Shown: positions 25,637-37,740 of the stretch, piece by piece
How positions within the stretch are numbered: the first letter of the stretch is position 1
Layout of the letters: each line of letters begins with the position of its first letter
Assembly: GCF_038025025.1 (NCBI RefSeq)
Contig: NW_027117339.1
Coordinates: forward strand, 1,116,001 to 1,180,000
Direction of reading: 5' to 3'
Length of the DNA stretch: 64,000 nucleotides
From: Phyllosticta citribraziliensis
Taxonomy: Eukaryota
Translations under genes and position numbers: made by a program
The notes under the pieces: generated by a model
Told to the model about the DNA's origin: nothing
What the model saw: only the letters and a program-made list of their open reading frames with translations
Databases searched by the model: none

Positions 25637-26729
25637 ATGTCTGGCAAAGTCGAGCAGCTGAAGGATGAGGTATGCTATAAACACCAACCCAACAAACCTT
25701 GGAATTCGAAGCTCCAGAAAACTGACACACGACACAGGGCACACGCCGGCAAGTCGTGACGGCTGGCGCCATCGCCGGCCTGATATCTAGGTACTGTCTC
25801 GACCAATTTCTCCCTTGCCAAAATAGCAAGCTAACCCAAATAACAGATTCGTCGTCGCGCCTCTCGACGTCGTCAAGATCCGCCTTCAGCTCCAAATCCA
25901 CTCCCTCAGCGACCCGCTCTCCATTGCTTCGGCCCAAGGAGGTCCGACGTACAAAGGCACACTGAACACGTTCAAGCGCATAGTGCGCGAGGAAGGCATC
26001 ACTGGCCTGTGGAAGGGCAATGTCCCCGCCGAAGCCATGTACTTGTGCTACGGCGGCGTGCAATTCCTCTCGTACCGCACCGCCTCTTCCTTCCTGGCCA
26101 ACATACCCCCGCCATTTACGCCCCCCGACGCCGCTGTCAGCTTCCTGGCCGGCGCAACGGCCGGGACCTTTGCGACCACAGCGACGTATCCGCTCGACCT
26201 GCTGCGCACACGTTTCGCCGCCCAGGGTGCTGAGCGCGTCTACACCTCCTTGGCCGCCTCCGTCCATGATATCTACGCGTCCGAGGGACCCCGTGGCTTC
26301 TTTCGCGGTTTGGGCGCCGGCGTGAGCCAAATTGTGCCGTACATGGGCCTCTTCTTCCTGTCCTACGAGACGCTCAAGCCTGCTTTTGCGCCGCTGCCGC
26401 TCCCGTTTGGATCGACGGACGCCGCGGCTGGAATCACGGCGAGCGTCTTCAGCAAGACGGCCGTCTTTCCGCTGGACACGGTGAGGAAGCGTCTCCAGGT
26501 GCAAGGTCCGACTAGAGCCAAGTACATTCATAAGAACATTCCTGTCTATGAGGGCGTTTACAGGACTATTAAGCAGATTGTGAGACGAGAGGGCCCAAGG
26601 GGCTTGTATAGGGGCTTGACGGTCAGCCTCATCAAGGCTGCGCCGACAAGTGCGGTGACAATGTGGACCTATGAAAGGGTAATGACGCTCCTAGTTTCCA
26701 TGGATGAGCAGGTGAAAGTGGAAGAATAA
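25637..26729 (+). CDS. TPC1: Mitochondrial thiamine pyrophosphate carrier
   Basis: [54 protein letters not shown], and three Px[DE]xx[KR]xR carrier motifs. Introns 25670-25737 and 25791-25846. Confidence 0.9.
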
Positions 26730-26956
26730 GTGTACCGGCGGCAACTGAAGAGAAGGAGTTCAGGGGAGCATCCTTTGTCCTTTATTATCACAAGAATGGC
26801 GCCTCGGAGTCGCAGGACAGGAAAATGAGGTCTTTGAATACGGGTAATGGGTAGATCCAAAGACCGAAACGGTGTATCATAGAGTGTACTAGACTTTTCA
26901 TCCTTTCCGACGCCGAAATATAATTACATTCCCTCAAACATAGCTTCAACCACCCC

Positions 26957-28071
26957 TTACTCGTCATCCCCGTCATCATCGCCATCGTCTTCCTCATCAA
27001 ACTCCACCTCGTAGTCGGCGCAGACATCCCACCGGTCTCCCTTAGCAGACTTGCTCACGTACTTGACGAAGCGCAACGAGCCCATGTCGCGCAAGACGAT
27101 GCTCATCTGGTTCCAGCCCGCCGGCATGCTGAAGAGGACGCCGTCATCATCATCGCCAGAGCTCGCCCTGTACACGGCCGGGTCGGCCTTGCGCCTCTTG
27201 CCTGCTCCCGTCTGCGACGTCTCCGCGCCGCCCTTGTTTTTGGAGTCAGCCGGGACCTCGACGCCGTCGTTCGAGCCCGTCTCGTCGTCCTCGTCGTCAT
27301 CGTCGTCGGCCGCCATGTACATTTCGTACCCGCCGGGCATGTCTTCGGCGTTCTCGGCCGGAGCGGGGGCGTCGGGCATCTTCTCGTCCTCTTTCTTGGA
27401 GTTTTCCTTGGGTTTGGATTTCGCGTCGCCATTGGTGGTCTTACCATTTGTTTGGGCGCCAGCCTCGTCCTCACCGTCTTCGTCCTCTTCTTCGTCCGCC
27501 TCGGCTCCGTTCTGGGCATCTCCAGCTTCTTCCGCGTCGGCGTCGTCGTCGCCCCATCCTTTGCTCGGGGTGATTCCGAGCGTGACTTCGAGCTGCGGGT
27601 TCTCCTCTTCGTACGAGGTGGCAAGAGTGTAGTCCATGCCGCGGCGGAAGCGGCGCGCCAGGAGGCTGCTCTTCTGAAGCGAGAGGCTGGTGGTGATGCT
27701 CAACCATTTTTTGAAGGCCAAACTGGGGATGAAGACGTCGACGAGCTCATCGTAGGGACTCAGCTCTTCGCCATTCTGCGCAGCGGCATCCTTGCGCTCG
27801 GGGTATCTGTAGAGGAAGCGGTGCTTGTGGGGTGGCCTTGCTACTCCGCAGTTCTTCTTCTTAGACTCTGCAGCAGGCATTTCAGGAGTCTTGTCAGCCT
27901 CCTCTAGGAAAGCCTTGAGGCGGGCAGAGAACGATCGGGACAAGAATTGAGACAGCCTCAGGGATGATTCCTCCTCGAACAACTCCTTGAGTTCATCGAC
28001 GGTGTCGGGAGAGAGGTAGTGTGGCGTCATGTACTTGATCAGGAAGTCGAAGTCGGCCTCCGTCAGCTCGA

Positions 28072-28102
<31 letters not shown>

Positions 28103-29129
28103 TTGCTTCTTGGACTTTCCCTTGTCTTCGTTGTCTTGCTCTGGGTATTCGTGCCACACCTTTTGCGGCATGTCGAGCTTGTCGGCCTTTCCGGCCTCAA
28201 GCTGCTGCAGCGAACTCTTTTCTGCCAGCCTCTCTTCCAGACCAGGCTCGTATCCTTCCTCGCCTTCTTGTGGAATGTGGAACCAGCCACTAATTGCCAT
28301 CCTGACGCGGCCTCCATCTTCCTCTTCCGTCTCCCCCTCACCACGCTTGTAAACCTCCTCGACGTCGTGGAAACTCTCTCCGGGCTGGACGGTGAAGAAG
28401 CTCAATTGGTTGAAAGCGGGAGGGATGACGACAGTGGGATCCGGCTGAGGCAATTTGACTTTTTCGCCATCCTCATTCGTGAGGTCTTCCGTTGGAAACA
28501 GGCGCAGAGCGCCACCCCACTCCGCCTTCCAGGGCGTGTCCGGGTCCAGCAGGTACAAAATGTAGCTTACGCGCCGGCTGCCAATAACGTCGTCGTGGCA
28601 CAGCAGATGGCAGCCAGGGGTGTACACATTGATGGCCAAGTCCGTCTTCACGCCCGACAGCGGTCCCGAGCCGGCAATTTCAGAAATGTATTTGCGGAAA
28701 GCCGAGCTGTACATGGCATCGCGGAGCTGGAGCAGGGACGGCAGCTTGGCCAGAGACGAGTCATCGAGACCGTCCAAATTCGCTAGATCTCCAGACTGGT
28801 GGATCTTGTAAATGTCGGTTTCTTTTGGAGTGAAGACGATGTTTTGACGAATTTCGTCGCGCACTGCGCGGAGGAGACATGGGTCGATCAGGTTGCGGAT
28901 AACGGCATGTTTGTAACTGAGTATATGTAAGATAGTGCGTCGTGGCAGAGGAAAACAAGCCGTCTTACGGCTCCGACTGTGCGTAGTATTCTTTGTATCC
29001 ATTGAGCACCTTGGTGTCAAACAGGCCCTCGCGAAAGTTGGTGCGCGCTTCGTCGTCTGGGAGAGCGCGCTTCTTGCTTTTGCCAAGGATTGGCGCATTG
29101 TCTTCGGCCTTGCGCTTTGTGCTGGGCAT
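26957..29129 (-). CDS. TPA1: Prolyl 3,4-dihydroxylase Tpa1/Ofd1 (uS12 hydroxylase)
   Basis: ATG 29129, intron 28968-28917. KETDIYK, LLCHDDVIGSRRVSYILYL, SFHDVEEV, RMAISGWFH and LRFVKYVS...RWD motifs. Confidence 0.92.
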
Positions 29130-29258
29130 TGTGTGAAGTGATCGTAAAGTACTGGGGTCGTGGTCGGGATTGAGGATCGCGGACAGCTCCATTTTGAAAT
29201 TCACCCCAACTTTTTGATGGTCCGTGCGTGCGACGTCAGACCGGACCAAAATTCATGA

Positions 29259-29271
29259 GTGAAATTTTCAA
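29259..29271. promoter_or_regulatory. RRPE-like element upstream of TPA1
   Basis: GTGAAATTTTCAA about 130 bp upstream of the TPA1 ATG resembles the TGAAAWTTTT ribosome-biogenesis element. A short motif that could occur by chance. Confidence 0.35.
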
Positions 29272-29621
29272 GTCACGCCACGAGACGCTACATCTGGCGA
29301 GTATCATGCGCGAGTATTCTAGTTACAGCTCAGCAAGGAGCGACACAAGCGCCATACACCGATTCACATCGTGAGACGAATCCACGGGTTTGGACAAATT
29401 TTGTAGCAAGACCTCAATTGAGAAAAGCAGCATTAGTTGGATATCATAAGCCTACTACTCTGACCGCGTGTACAATGCAAAGAGCACGACGTTATCCTCA
29501 AGGAAACCCTTAACCCGCGAACGCCACCCCTTTTTTGATTTCCCAGCCCATTTTCACCCGTAGTCCTTACCGTGTCCAAAAACTTACCACGTTCTGTTTC
29601 TTCAACACTTGCGAAACGAAA

Positions 29622-31296
29622 TTAGTCAAAGGTGGTCTTCTTGCCCTTGAAGTCGCTGAAGCCACCGCGGTTGAACGAGCCACCGCGACCACCTCCACGA
29701 GCGCCGAAGCCGCCGCGAGGACCTCCACGGCCACCACCACGACCGCCAAAGCTGCCGCCGCCACGGGGACCACCACGGCCACGGCCACCAAAGCCACCGC
29801 GGCCGCCACCACCACCGCCGTTGTTGTCACGAGGAGTCGCGTAGTCAAGGCGAATAGCACGTCCAGCAATCTCGGCGCCAAAGCAAGCCTCGAATGCACC
29901 CTTGGCCTCGTCGATGGAGCTGAAGCCGACGTAACCGAAACCCTTGAGGGCACCGCTGTCGGGGTCGGTAGGGAGAGAGACACGGGTGATGGAGCCGTAC
30001 TCGGCAAACAGGTTCTGGACGTCGTCGGCACTGGCATCGAAAGAAAGGTTGCCAACGAACAGAGTGTCGCTGGGGTCCTTGGGAGCATCGCCGAACTTGT
30101 TGGCACGGGCGTTGGCACGGTCCCTGCCGTTGCCGCTGGCGTCGTTGGCAGGGCGGGGAGTGCTGTAGTCGACGTTGAGGGCACGGCCATCGAGTTCGTA
30201 GTCTTTCCTGGCCTTGAGGGCCTTGACAGCGTCTTCGATGTTGGTGTACTCGACGTAGCCGAAACTATTACAATTAGCATTATGAAAAAGAGAACACGGA
30301 TAGGCAGTTCTTACCCCTTGGACCTTCCAGTCGCCCTGTCGGTCACAATGCGGCAGCCAGAGATTTCACCAAACTCCTCAAACTCGCGCGCGAGCCAATC
30401 CTCGTCAACGTTCCAGCTGAGGTTGCCGACGAAGAGGTTGGCCGCAGCGTTGGCGGGAACGTCGGTCTTGCTCTTCTTGGCGGCAGGCTTCTCCTCGTCC
30501 TCGGCCTTGCGCTTCTTGGAGGGAGCAGCTTCTTCAGAAGAGGCATCAGAGTCAGAGTCGGAAGAGTCAGAGTCATCAGAAGACTAGAGAAGTTAGCATT
30601 AATCGTCTGCTGTTGAGTTGGGCAACTTACGGCCGCCTTCTTCGCAGCAGGCTTCTCGTCCTCAGACTCGTCGCTGTCGCTGTCGGAAGAGTCAGACTCC
30701 TCAGCCTTGGCCTTCTTCGCAGCGGGCTTTGCCTCCTCATCGTCGGACGAGTCGTCGCTGTCGCTCTCGCTGTCCGACTTGGCCTTAGCAGCGGGGGTGG
30801 CCTTGGTCTTCTTAGCAGCAGGCTTCTCATCCTCAGACTCGCTGTCGCTGTCGCTCTCATCAGAAGACTCGGAAGCACCAGCCTTGGTAGGGGCAGCCTC
30901 CTCGCTGTCGCTGTCGCTGGATGAGTCAGACTCAGAGGAGTCGGCCTTCTTCGCAGCACCGTTGGTCTTGGAGGCAGCCTTCTTGGGGGCAGGCTCGGAA
31001 ACAGATGACTCAGAGTCGGACTCGCTCTCGCTGGCAGAGCTGTCGCTGTCCATTTCCTCGTCGCTGTCGGACTCGGGCTCGGGAGTGGGCTCCTTCTTGC
31101 TCTTCTTCGACTTCTTGTCCTTGGAGGCCTTCGAGGCGACGTCCTTGGCCGTCTCCTTCGACTTCGACTTGGGGGTCTGGGACTTCTTCGTCACGCGACC
31201 GTCCTTGACAGCCGACAGAGCCTTGCTCTTGACGGGGGTCTCGACCTTCTTGGAGGCAGCGGCCTTGGTAGGCTTGGTGGACTTGTCCTTGGCCAT
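29622..31296 (-). CDS. NSR1: Nucleolin-like nucleolar protein (Nsr1/Gar2)
   Basis: Lys/Ser/acidic N-terminus, two RRMs (LFVGNLSWN...KG|FGYVEY; LFVGNLSFD...KGFGYVGF) and an RGG-rich tail. Introns 30630-30584 and 30314-30265. Probable 5'UTR intron at about 31728-31313. Confidence 0.93.
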
Positions 31297-31472
31297 TGTA
31301 GTGGATTGCTGTCTAAAGAAAAGTGGTTAGCAAAAGCAGAGTGACAGTGGCAGGTAATGTGACGGCTCGAGTGAAGACGCCGAAGCCAACGACCCTCTGG
31401 TGGCAATGCCAACAGTGCAAAATGGGGGAGCGATGCTCCTAGCTCTTCATCAGGATCTCTCAAACGTGCGCA

Positions 31473-31641
31473 AAGCCCACAGCCCTCGAGTCCGCTCAAG
31501 GCGGATAAGCCCTCAAGCCCACAAGCCCACAGAACGACGTTCAAGGCGGAGTGTTCCCACAAAGGCCGAGAAGCAGTCGCTGTCTCAAAAGCCCACTGAA
31601 GTCACAAGCCCACAGAAGAGAAGAATCTCTTGCGCGCCCAC
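31473..31641. repeat. Cluster of AAGCCC(A/T)C motifs between NSR1 and ALG6
   Basis: AAGCCCAC at 31473, 31515, 31523, 31589 and 31606; (A)AGCCCTC at 31481 and 31507; GCCCAC at 31636. Confidence 0.75.
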
Positions 31642-31995
31642 TGAAAAAAGCGCGATAAGCCGTCAGGATGGAAGTTGCCCACGAACCGAATAGACTGAGT
31701 TTGTCTGTTGATGCTTCTCAAAAAATACCGACTGTTGTACGGTATGGTGCCCCTCAAGAACGAAGAAAACCCTTGAAAAGAGTTTTGGATGAGTGCGAAA
31801 GGTTGCAGAGTGATGAGGTGCGACGAAGGAAAAAAAGCCTGCGCGACGGCTTTAAAAATTCCGAGCTCGGGCCAACAGTGGCGCCGACGGGCTACCGCCC
31901 GACCGTTTCAGCCTAGCGCGGCCCTGATTTCGTTGCTCTTGCGCCGCCGAATCAACTGTGCGGACAACTGCAGAGCAGCACCACTTCCTGTCAAC

Positions 31996-33944
31996 ATGGC
32001 ACCGTCGCCAGCACACAAGCCTCGCAAGAGAAGAAAAGGCGACAGCGCAGTCTTGGCCCGACCAAACAAAGGCACCGTCTTTCTGGATTCGAATGGCAAC
32101 GTCTCCAAACCAGCTTTCCCGCTCGTGGCTTTCCTCTGGCCAGCGATAGGCAACGTCTCCCAATGGCTTGTGCTGCCTTTGATTCTCATGGCCGTCGGGC
32201 TCTTCAGATGGGCCACTGCTTTCTGGGGCTACTCTGGTACTTGCGTCTGGACCTTTGGCTACATTTCGACTGACTGGTTAAAGGGCTCGACAAACCACCC
32301 ATGCACGGAGACTTTGAAGCTCAGCGACACTGGCTCGAAATCACCACGCATCTCCCCATAACGCAATGGTATTTTCACGACCTCCAATGGTGGGGATTAG
32401 ACTATCCGCCATTGACCGCCTACCATAGCTGGATTCTTGGCAACATGTGAGTCGATTTCATCATTCCGATCTGGGACAGAATTGATGGAATGGTTCAAAT
32501 GCACCGGTACCGTCACTGCCAGACCAATTACCCACAGCCACCCTATTTCTGCCCACTGCCGTAGGACCATGCCACTGACAAAAGCAGTGGTCACTATATC
32601 GAGCCGGCGTGGTTCGCCCTGCACACCTCCCGCGGTCTGGACGACCCGAATCTCAAGATCTTCATGCGCGCAACCGCGTTTGTCTCGGAATACCTCGTCT
32701 ACGTTCCCGCCGTCATCGTCTGCCTCCGCCGATATGCCCGTGCGCAAGAAGTCAATACATGGGAGTTTGCCATTGCCTTGGTTGCCGTTTTGATGCAGCC
32801 GGCAACCATTCTAATTGACCACGGGCATTTTCAGTACAATACGGTCATGCTTGGCTTCGTCGCGGCGACGATGTATTCGTTGATCGCTGATCGCTACTTT
32901 TGGAGCTGCGTCTTCTTCGTCGCTGCTTTAGGATTCAAGCAAATGGCTCTGTTCTATGCGCCCGCGGTCTTCGCGTACTTGCTCGGAAGCTGCCTATTCC
33001 CTCGCATCAACTTGCTGCGGTTTCTGGGAATTGCTCTGGTCACGGTGGCTTCTTTTGCCCTTTTGTATGCGCCGCTTATCCTGGGAACTGTCAATGACTG
33101 GTACAACGGCCTACCCATCAGCAATCTACCCGAACCCGAGCTGCTCTCCAAGCTGCCCATCAGTCTCGACAAGGAGTCCTGGTACTACGCGGTTATTCTG
33201 GAAGTGGCCCAGTCGGTCCACCGAATCTTTCCCTTTGCGCGCGGACTGTTTGAAGACAAAGTTGCCAATGTGTGGTGCGCAATCCACACGTTCTACAAAC
33301 TCCACAAGTATCCGACGGCAGACCTCCAGCTTGCTTCTCTAGTCATGACCGGTGCCCACATCGCAACTCCTTGCCTCATTTTGTTTTTCAAGCCGAGGAG
33401 AGAGCTCGTACCCTATGCCTTTGCCGCTACCTCCTGGGCCTTCTTCCTTTTCTCCTACCAAGTCCACGAGAAGAACGTCATGCTCCCTTTGTTGCCCATG
33501 ACGTTGCTTCTTGGGTCCAGTCTAGGACTGAGTCCATACATCCGCGCTTGGGTCGGGCTGGCAAACCTTCTCGGAGCCTGGACCATGTATCCGCTGCTCA
33601 AAAGAGACGAGTTGAGCACGCCGTACTTTGTCCTTACTTTGCTCTGGGCGTACCTGCTCGGACTGCCGCCAACGTCGCTTTCAATTTTCAACAACGACGT
33701 CCCTTCGCAGCAGCTGAACGCGCTCGAAAAACTTATCCACGCAGGTTTCTACGCTGCCATGATTGGCTGGCATTTCCTGGAAGCCTTCGTTCCCACGCCG
33801 GGAGGTAAGCCTGATTTGTGGGTAGTTGCTAATGTTCTCGTCGGTGCTCCCGGCTTTTACATTTGCTGGCTGTGGTGCCTGTACAATCTCATCGATACCT
33901 TCAAAAGGATATGGAAATTGGAGCGAAGCAAGAAGGCGCAGTAG
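31996..33944 (+). CDS. ALG6: Dolichyl-P-Glc:Man9GlcNAc2-PP-dolichol alpha-1,3-glucosyltransferase
   Basis: [53 protein letters not shown] and QVHEK motifs. Introns 32237-32283 and 32447 to 32584 or 32587. Confidence 0.95.
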
Positions 33945-34139
33945 TTCAAGAGACGCGATTTCAAAAATCTTGCACAAGATACCCGTGGCTGCTATGTCCA
34001 GGAGTCTGAGGAGTGGAGTCTATTCTTCATTTATAATACAAAAATCCTTGATGCTGTACATGAGCTCTTGAGAGCCTGTGATGCCATTTGAACGCCTCCC
34101 GATGCAATTCCATGATCCCATTTGACTTGTCCCGTTGCG

Positions 34140-34463
34140 TTATATGTTGAAACCAAATCCGGCCATGCAAGTCTTGTACTTCGAGACCAAGTCCTTGCAC
34201 TCTTGTTGAGGGTTGTCGCCCTTGGAGAAGAGCATGCACTCGTCACGGGCGGCTTTTTCGTCCTTGCAAACGCAGCATGGCTATGCGGATCGGGTCAGCG
34301 TGGCGCAATGGCTGGGGAGGATCGAGCGAACCTTGGGCTTTGCGGCACCGTCGCCGGTAGGCTTGACGTCGCTGGCGACGTTGGTTGGCACTGCTGCAGG
34401 CCGTCAGCGGCGCGCATGGGCGACGCGATCATGGCGAGACTCACTGGCTTGTGCTGCACTCAT
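34140..34463 (-). CDS. COX17: Cytochrome c oxidase copper chaperone
   Basis: KPK|PCCVCKDEKAARDECMLF...CKDLVSKYKTCMAGFGFNI. Introns 34444-34394 (tandem CAGCAG acceptor) and 34331-34281. Confidence 0.95.
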
Positions 34464-34816
34464 TTTTGCGGGTTGGGAGAAAGGAGGAAGTCGGATGGCG
34501 CAATGCGATGGAAGTTCGGAAGTGTAGAGAATGCTTACCTCATGGACGGCGATGGCAAAGCTGCCAAGCCAGACCTGGCGGCGGGCGGCACACAGAAAAT
34601 GTACTGCAGTGGGCTGGCGGGCCGGTGGACTGCACGCGGCGGGAAGCCGCAGCAAGGGTCCCGTCCTTCGTCTGTCGTTTTGCCTGCCTTGCCTGCGAAA
34701 ACGAGACTTGAGCCCCTCCACCCGACCGCTGCACCGCACTTTTTGGCCGCCGATCACCACCACCACCAAACGCCCATTCTTAGAAGCGCGCGGCTCGAGC
34801 CTACACGTCGCCTACC

Positions 34817-36159
34817 ATGGCAAACCCCAAGGTTTTCAGTCTCGAGGGCAAGGGCCTGAAGCTCACCACCGCCGAGGACATTGAGCCCCACCTCCAGGCC
34901 CTCAAGGACAACCCAGACGTCGAGGAGGTCGTTCTCGTCGGCAACACGTTGGGAATAGGTGCTTCCGAGGCTTTGGCCAAGGTTTTGGAGACCAAGAAGA
35001 ATCTAAAGGCAAGTCTGGGGATCCCCGGCCGCATGCGTTGTTTGCACTCATGGGACCCGCTACCAAAACTGTAAACAATCCCTCCAGAGCCACTTGTCTG
35101 ACTGTCCCGCCCACGTAGACTGCCAATCTTGCCGACATCTTCACGTCGCGTCTGCTCTCCGAAATCCCTCCCGCGCTGGACAGCCTGTTGAAGGCGCTGC
35201 TGAAACTCCCCAACCTCAGCACTGTCAACCTCTCCGACAATGCCTTTGGCCTCAACACCCAAGCGCCCCTCGTCGCCTTCCTTTCCGAACACACCCCTCT
35301 TCAGCACCTCATTCTCAACAACAACGGCCTCGGTCCTGCTGCGGGTACCCTCATTGCCAATGCTCTCTCGACCCTCGCCGACAAGAAGGCTGCCGCGCGG
35401 GCCGCCGACGCTAGCGCCCATGTTCCCAACCTGGAAACAATCATTTGCGGACGTAACCGCTTGGAGAACGGCTCGATGGAGGCGTTCGCGAATGCCTTTG
35501 GCAAGCACGACAAGTTGCGCGAGATCAAGATGGTCCAAAACGGCATCCGCCAGGAGGGCATCACGCATCTGCTGAAGAACGGCCTTGCGCATCAAGATCA
35601 GTTGCGGACTCTCGACCTGCAAGACAACACCTTCACAACCACTGGCGCACGCGCTCTGGCTGACGCTGTGGGTGGCTGGAAGCACCTGCGTGAACTTGGA
35701 ATCTCGGATTGCTACTTGCAAAAGCGCGGAGCCTTGATGTTGAGCAAGGCGCTGGCGGAGGGCAAAAACCCTGACCTGGAGATTCTGCGTATGCAGTACA
35801 ACGACATGGATGCCGCGGGCCTCAAGTCTTTCGCCGATGCGACGGAAAGTTCGCTCCCCAAGCTGCGCCGCTTTGAAGTCAACGGCAACAAGTTCAGCGA
35901 GGATGACGAGAGCATCGAGCGTCTCACCGAGGCCCTTGATCAGCGCAAGGAGGAAGCGAACCCGGATTTCGTCAAGAGTCTCAAGGAAGGCGAGGAATAC
36001 GGCCTTGACGAGCTGGACGAGCTGGATGATGAAGAGGACGAGGACGAGGAGGACGAGGGGGATGAGGAGGAGGCCGGAAAGGCGCTCAAGGAGGCAGACG
36101 AGGCAGAGGATGCCAACGTGGACGACCTCGCAACGAAGCTGGGCAAGACGGGCTTGTAA
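34817..36159 (+). CDS. RNA1: Ran GTPase-activating protein (LRR)
   Basis: FSLEGKGLKLTTAED, GNTLG, NLADIFTSRL, LSDNAFG, GRNRLENGS and an acidic tail. A single GC-AG intron at 35009-35118. Confidence 0.93.
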
Positions 36160-37740
36160 CGAGCTCTACGCATCACCGCCGTCCTTTTTGGCAACGACTA
36201 ATGTAAACGATATATCCATGGCTGGCCGCTTTTGGTGTTTGGTATTTTTTCCCCCCTTGTCGCGGGGTCTTGGGAGATGCGGTGTTCCCTTTGACTCGTC
36301 GTCCTTGGGTTCCTTTTTTCCCTTTTTGCTTCTCATTGTGCCTTGTGGCCTACAGAGATTTCTTCTCATTCTACATTAGGAGGCAGTCATTGCCAAGGTC
36401 GTGCTCGCGCGCGGGAACGGATAGATGGTGATCAAAATTCAAGAGCTCTCGACGTACCAATTCAAAGGATTGTTCCCGGTTGATGTTTCAAGCGTCGTGA
36501 ATGTGCAAGTCGAATCCAACTCACGCAGCGTGTACCGAATACGACTTAATCCCTCGCGCATTGCAGGTCTCGCCGCCAAGGATTCGCCAAAGCAGTACAT
36601 ACATGAAATGTGGCAGTAGCAACCAATGGCTGTCCCGCGAGCCAAATAAAATCCGAAAATGAAAGACGAATGGTTCCGGCGACTCGGCCGACGGGTAGAC
36701 TAGAGACCAAGACACGGCGCCGAGTGCAACGCCCCGCACCGGAAGAGAAGCAACGATGCAACTAGAAACAGGTCGGTCGGATACAATCATCACCAGAGAC
36801 TCGGACAGGAGACGGGGTCCACGGTTGAAGCTCACGCCACGACGGGCGGGCGGCGGCGCGTCGATCAAGCACCAGCGCGCAGCGTGTAGATCCGCTCGTC
36901 TCCACAATTCGTATCCTTGACTCCGGGGTGTCCAAGGGGCGTGCGAGGCATGCGTGACGACAGCGCTGGCGGAAAGCACGCCGTTGGGAGCAGTCATGAG
37001 AGGGTGATGTGGTGGTGAGCTGAGGTGGTCAACAACAGAAGGACGAATGCAAGGGGCTGGTCACGGTAGACAAAGGGGAAGACGACTGACTGGTGCGCGT
37101 GGAGGTACAGCTTTAGGTAGGTACGGTAGGTTGCGACCACGTGCAGAGAGCTGCTTGGTGCGGTCGTGTCTACTTGGTCCAGTCGTTATCAGCGCCGCCT
37201 CTTTCTGAATCCAACTACCACTACCGTAAGGCATACCCAGCCGCCCCAAAAGACGACGCCGACTCCTCCACCGCTACCTCGTCTGCTCCCCTCTCCACCC
37301 CCTCTACCAACTTGCCAACCGAATTTTCGCTGCCCACCCGCCGCTCAACTCCTCCCTCCAGGCGCAGGGATCCACCACCTTATCGCCGTGGTAGCGTCAT
37401 CCACCCGGCCCCCGCTGGACCTCGAGCGCCATCACCCGTCACCTGCCCGTGAGACCAGAGACAAGTCGCACACACCTGACACTGCCACGCTCCTCAAGAA
37501 CCTCTACCTCTGCCCCTCCGCAACGCGCTCCATTTCAAACTCGCGCCATCATCCTCTTCGACTCTGCTCGCCGCCGTTGTCAACTCACATCGGGACAAAG
37601 AAGCCCGGCTCGGCTGCCTCCGACCAAGCTCCCTGCCCGGCAGTCCGCTTTCGGCGTCGCAACACTATCGCCAGCTGCCTTCACCGCGTCTCTTCCCACA
37701 GTCTTTTCTGTCTCTGCTTTGAATCCACAGCGTTCGCATC

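Noticed and set aside
25323..26531. 402-aa - strand ORF
   Set aside because: Antisense to TPC1, kept open by GC-rich codon bias.
29504..29516. Telomere-like AAACCCTTAACCC
   Set aside because: Only about two imperfect units; not an interstitial telomere tract.
29535..30587. 350-aa + strand ORF
   Set aside because: Antisense mirror of the highly biased NSR1 exons.
31400..31460. CTGATGA on the - strand followed by a GGAGC/GCTCC hairpin (hammerhead core or snoRNA box C?)
   Set aside because: No GAAA after the stem and no downstream CTGA box D before the acceptor.
15822..34463. Apparent respiratory/copper gene cluster (CMC2, hapC, TPC1, COX17)
   Set aside because: The genes are spread over 19 kb among unrelated housekeeping genes; consistent with chance.
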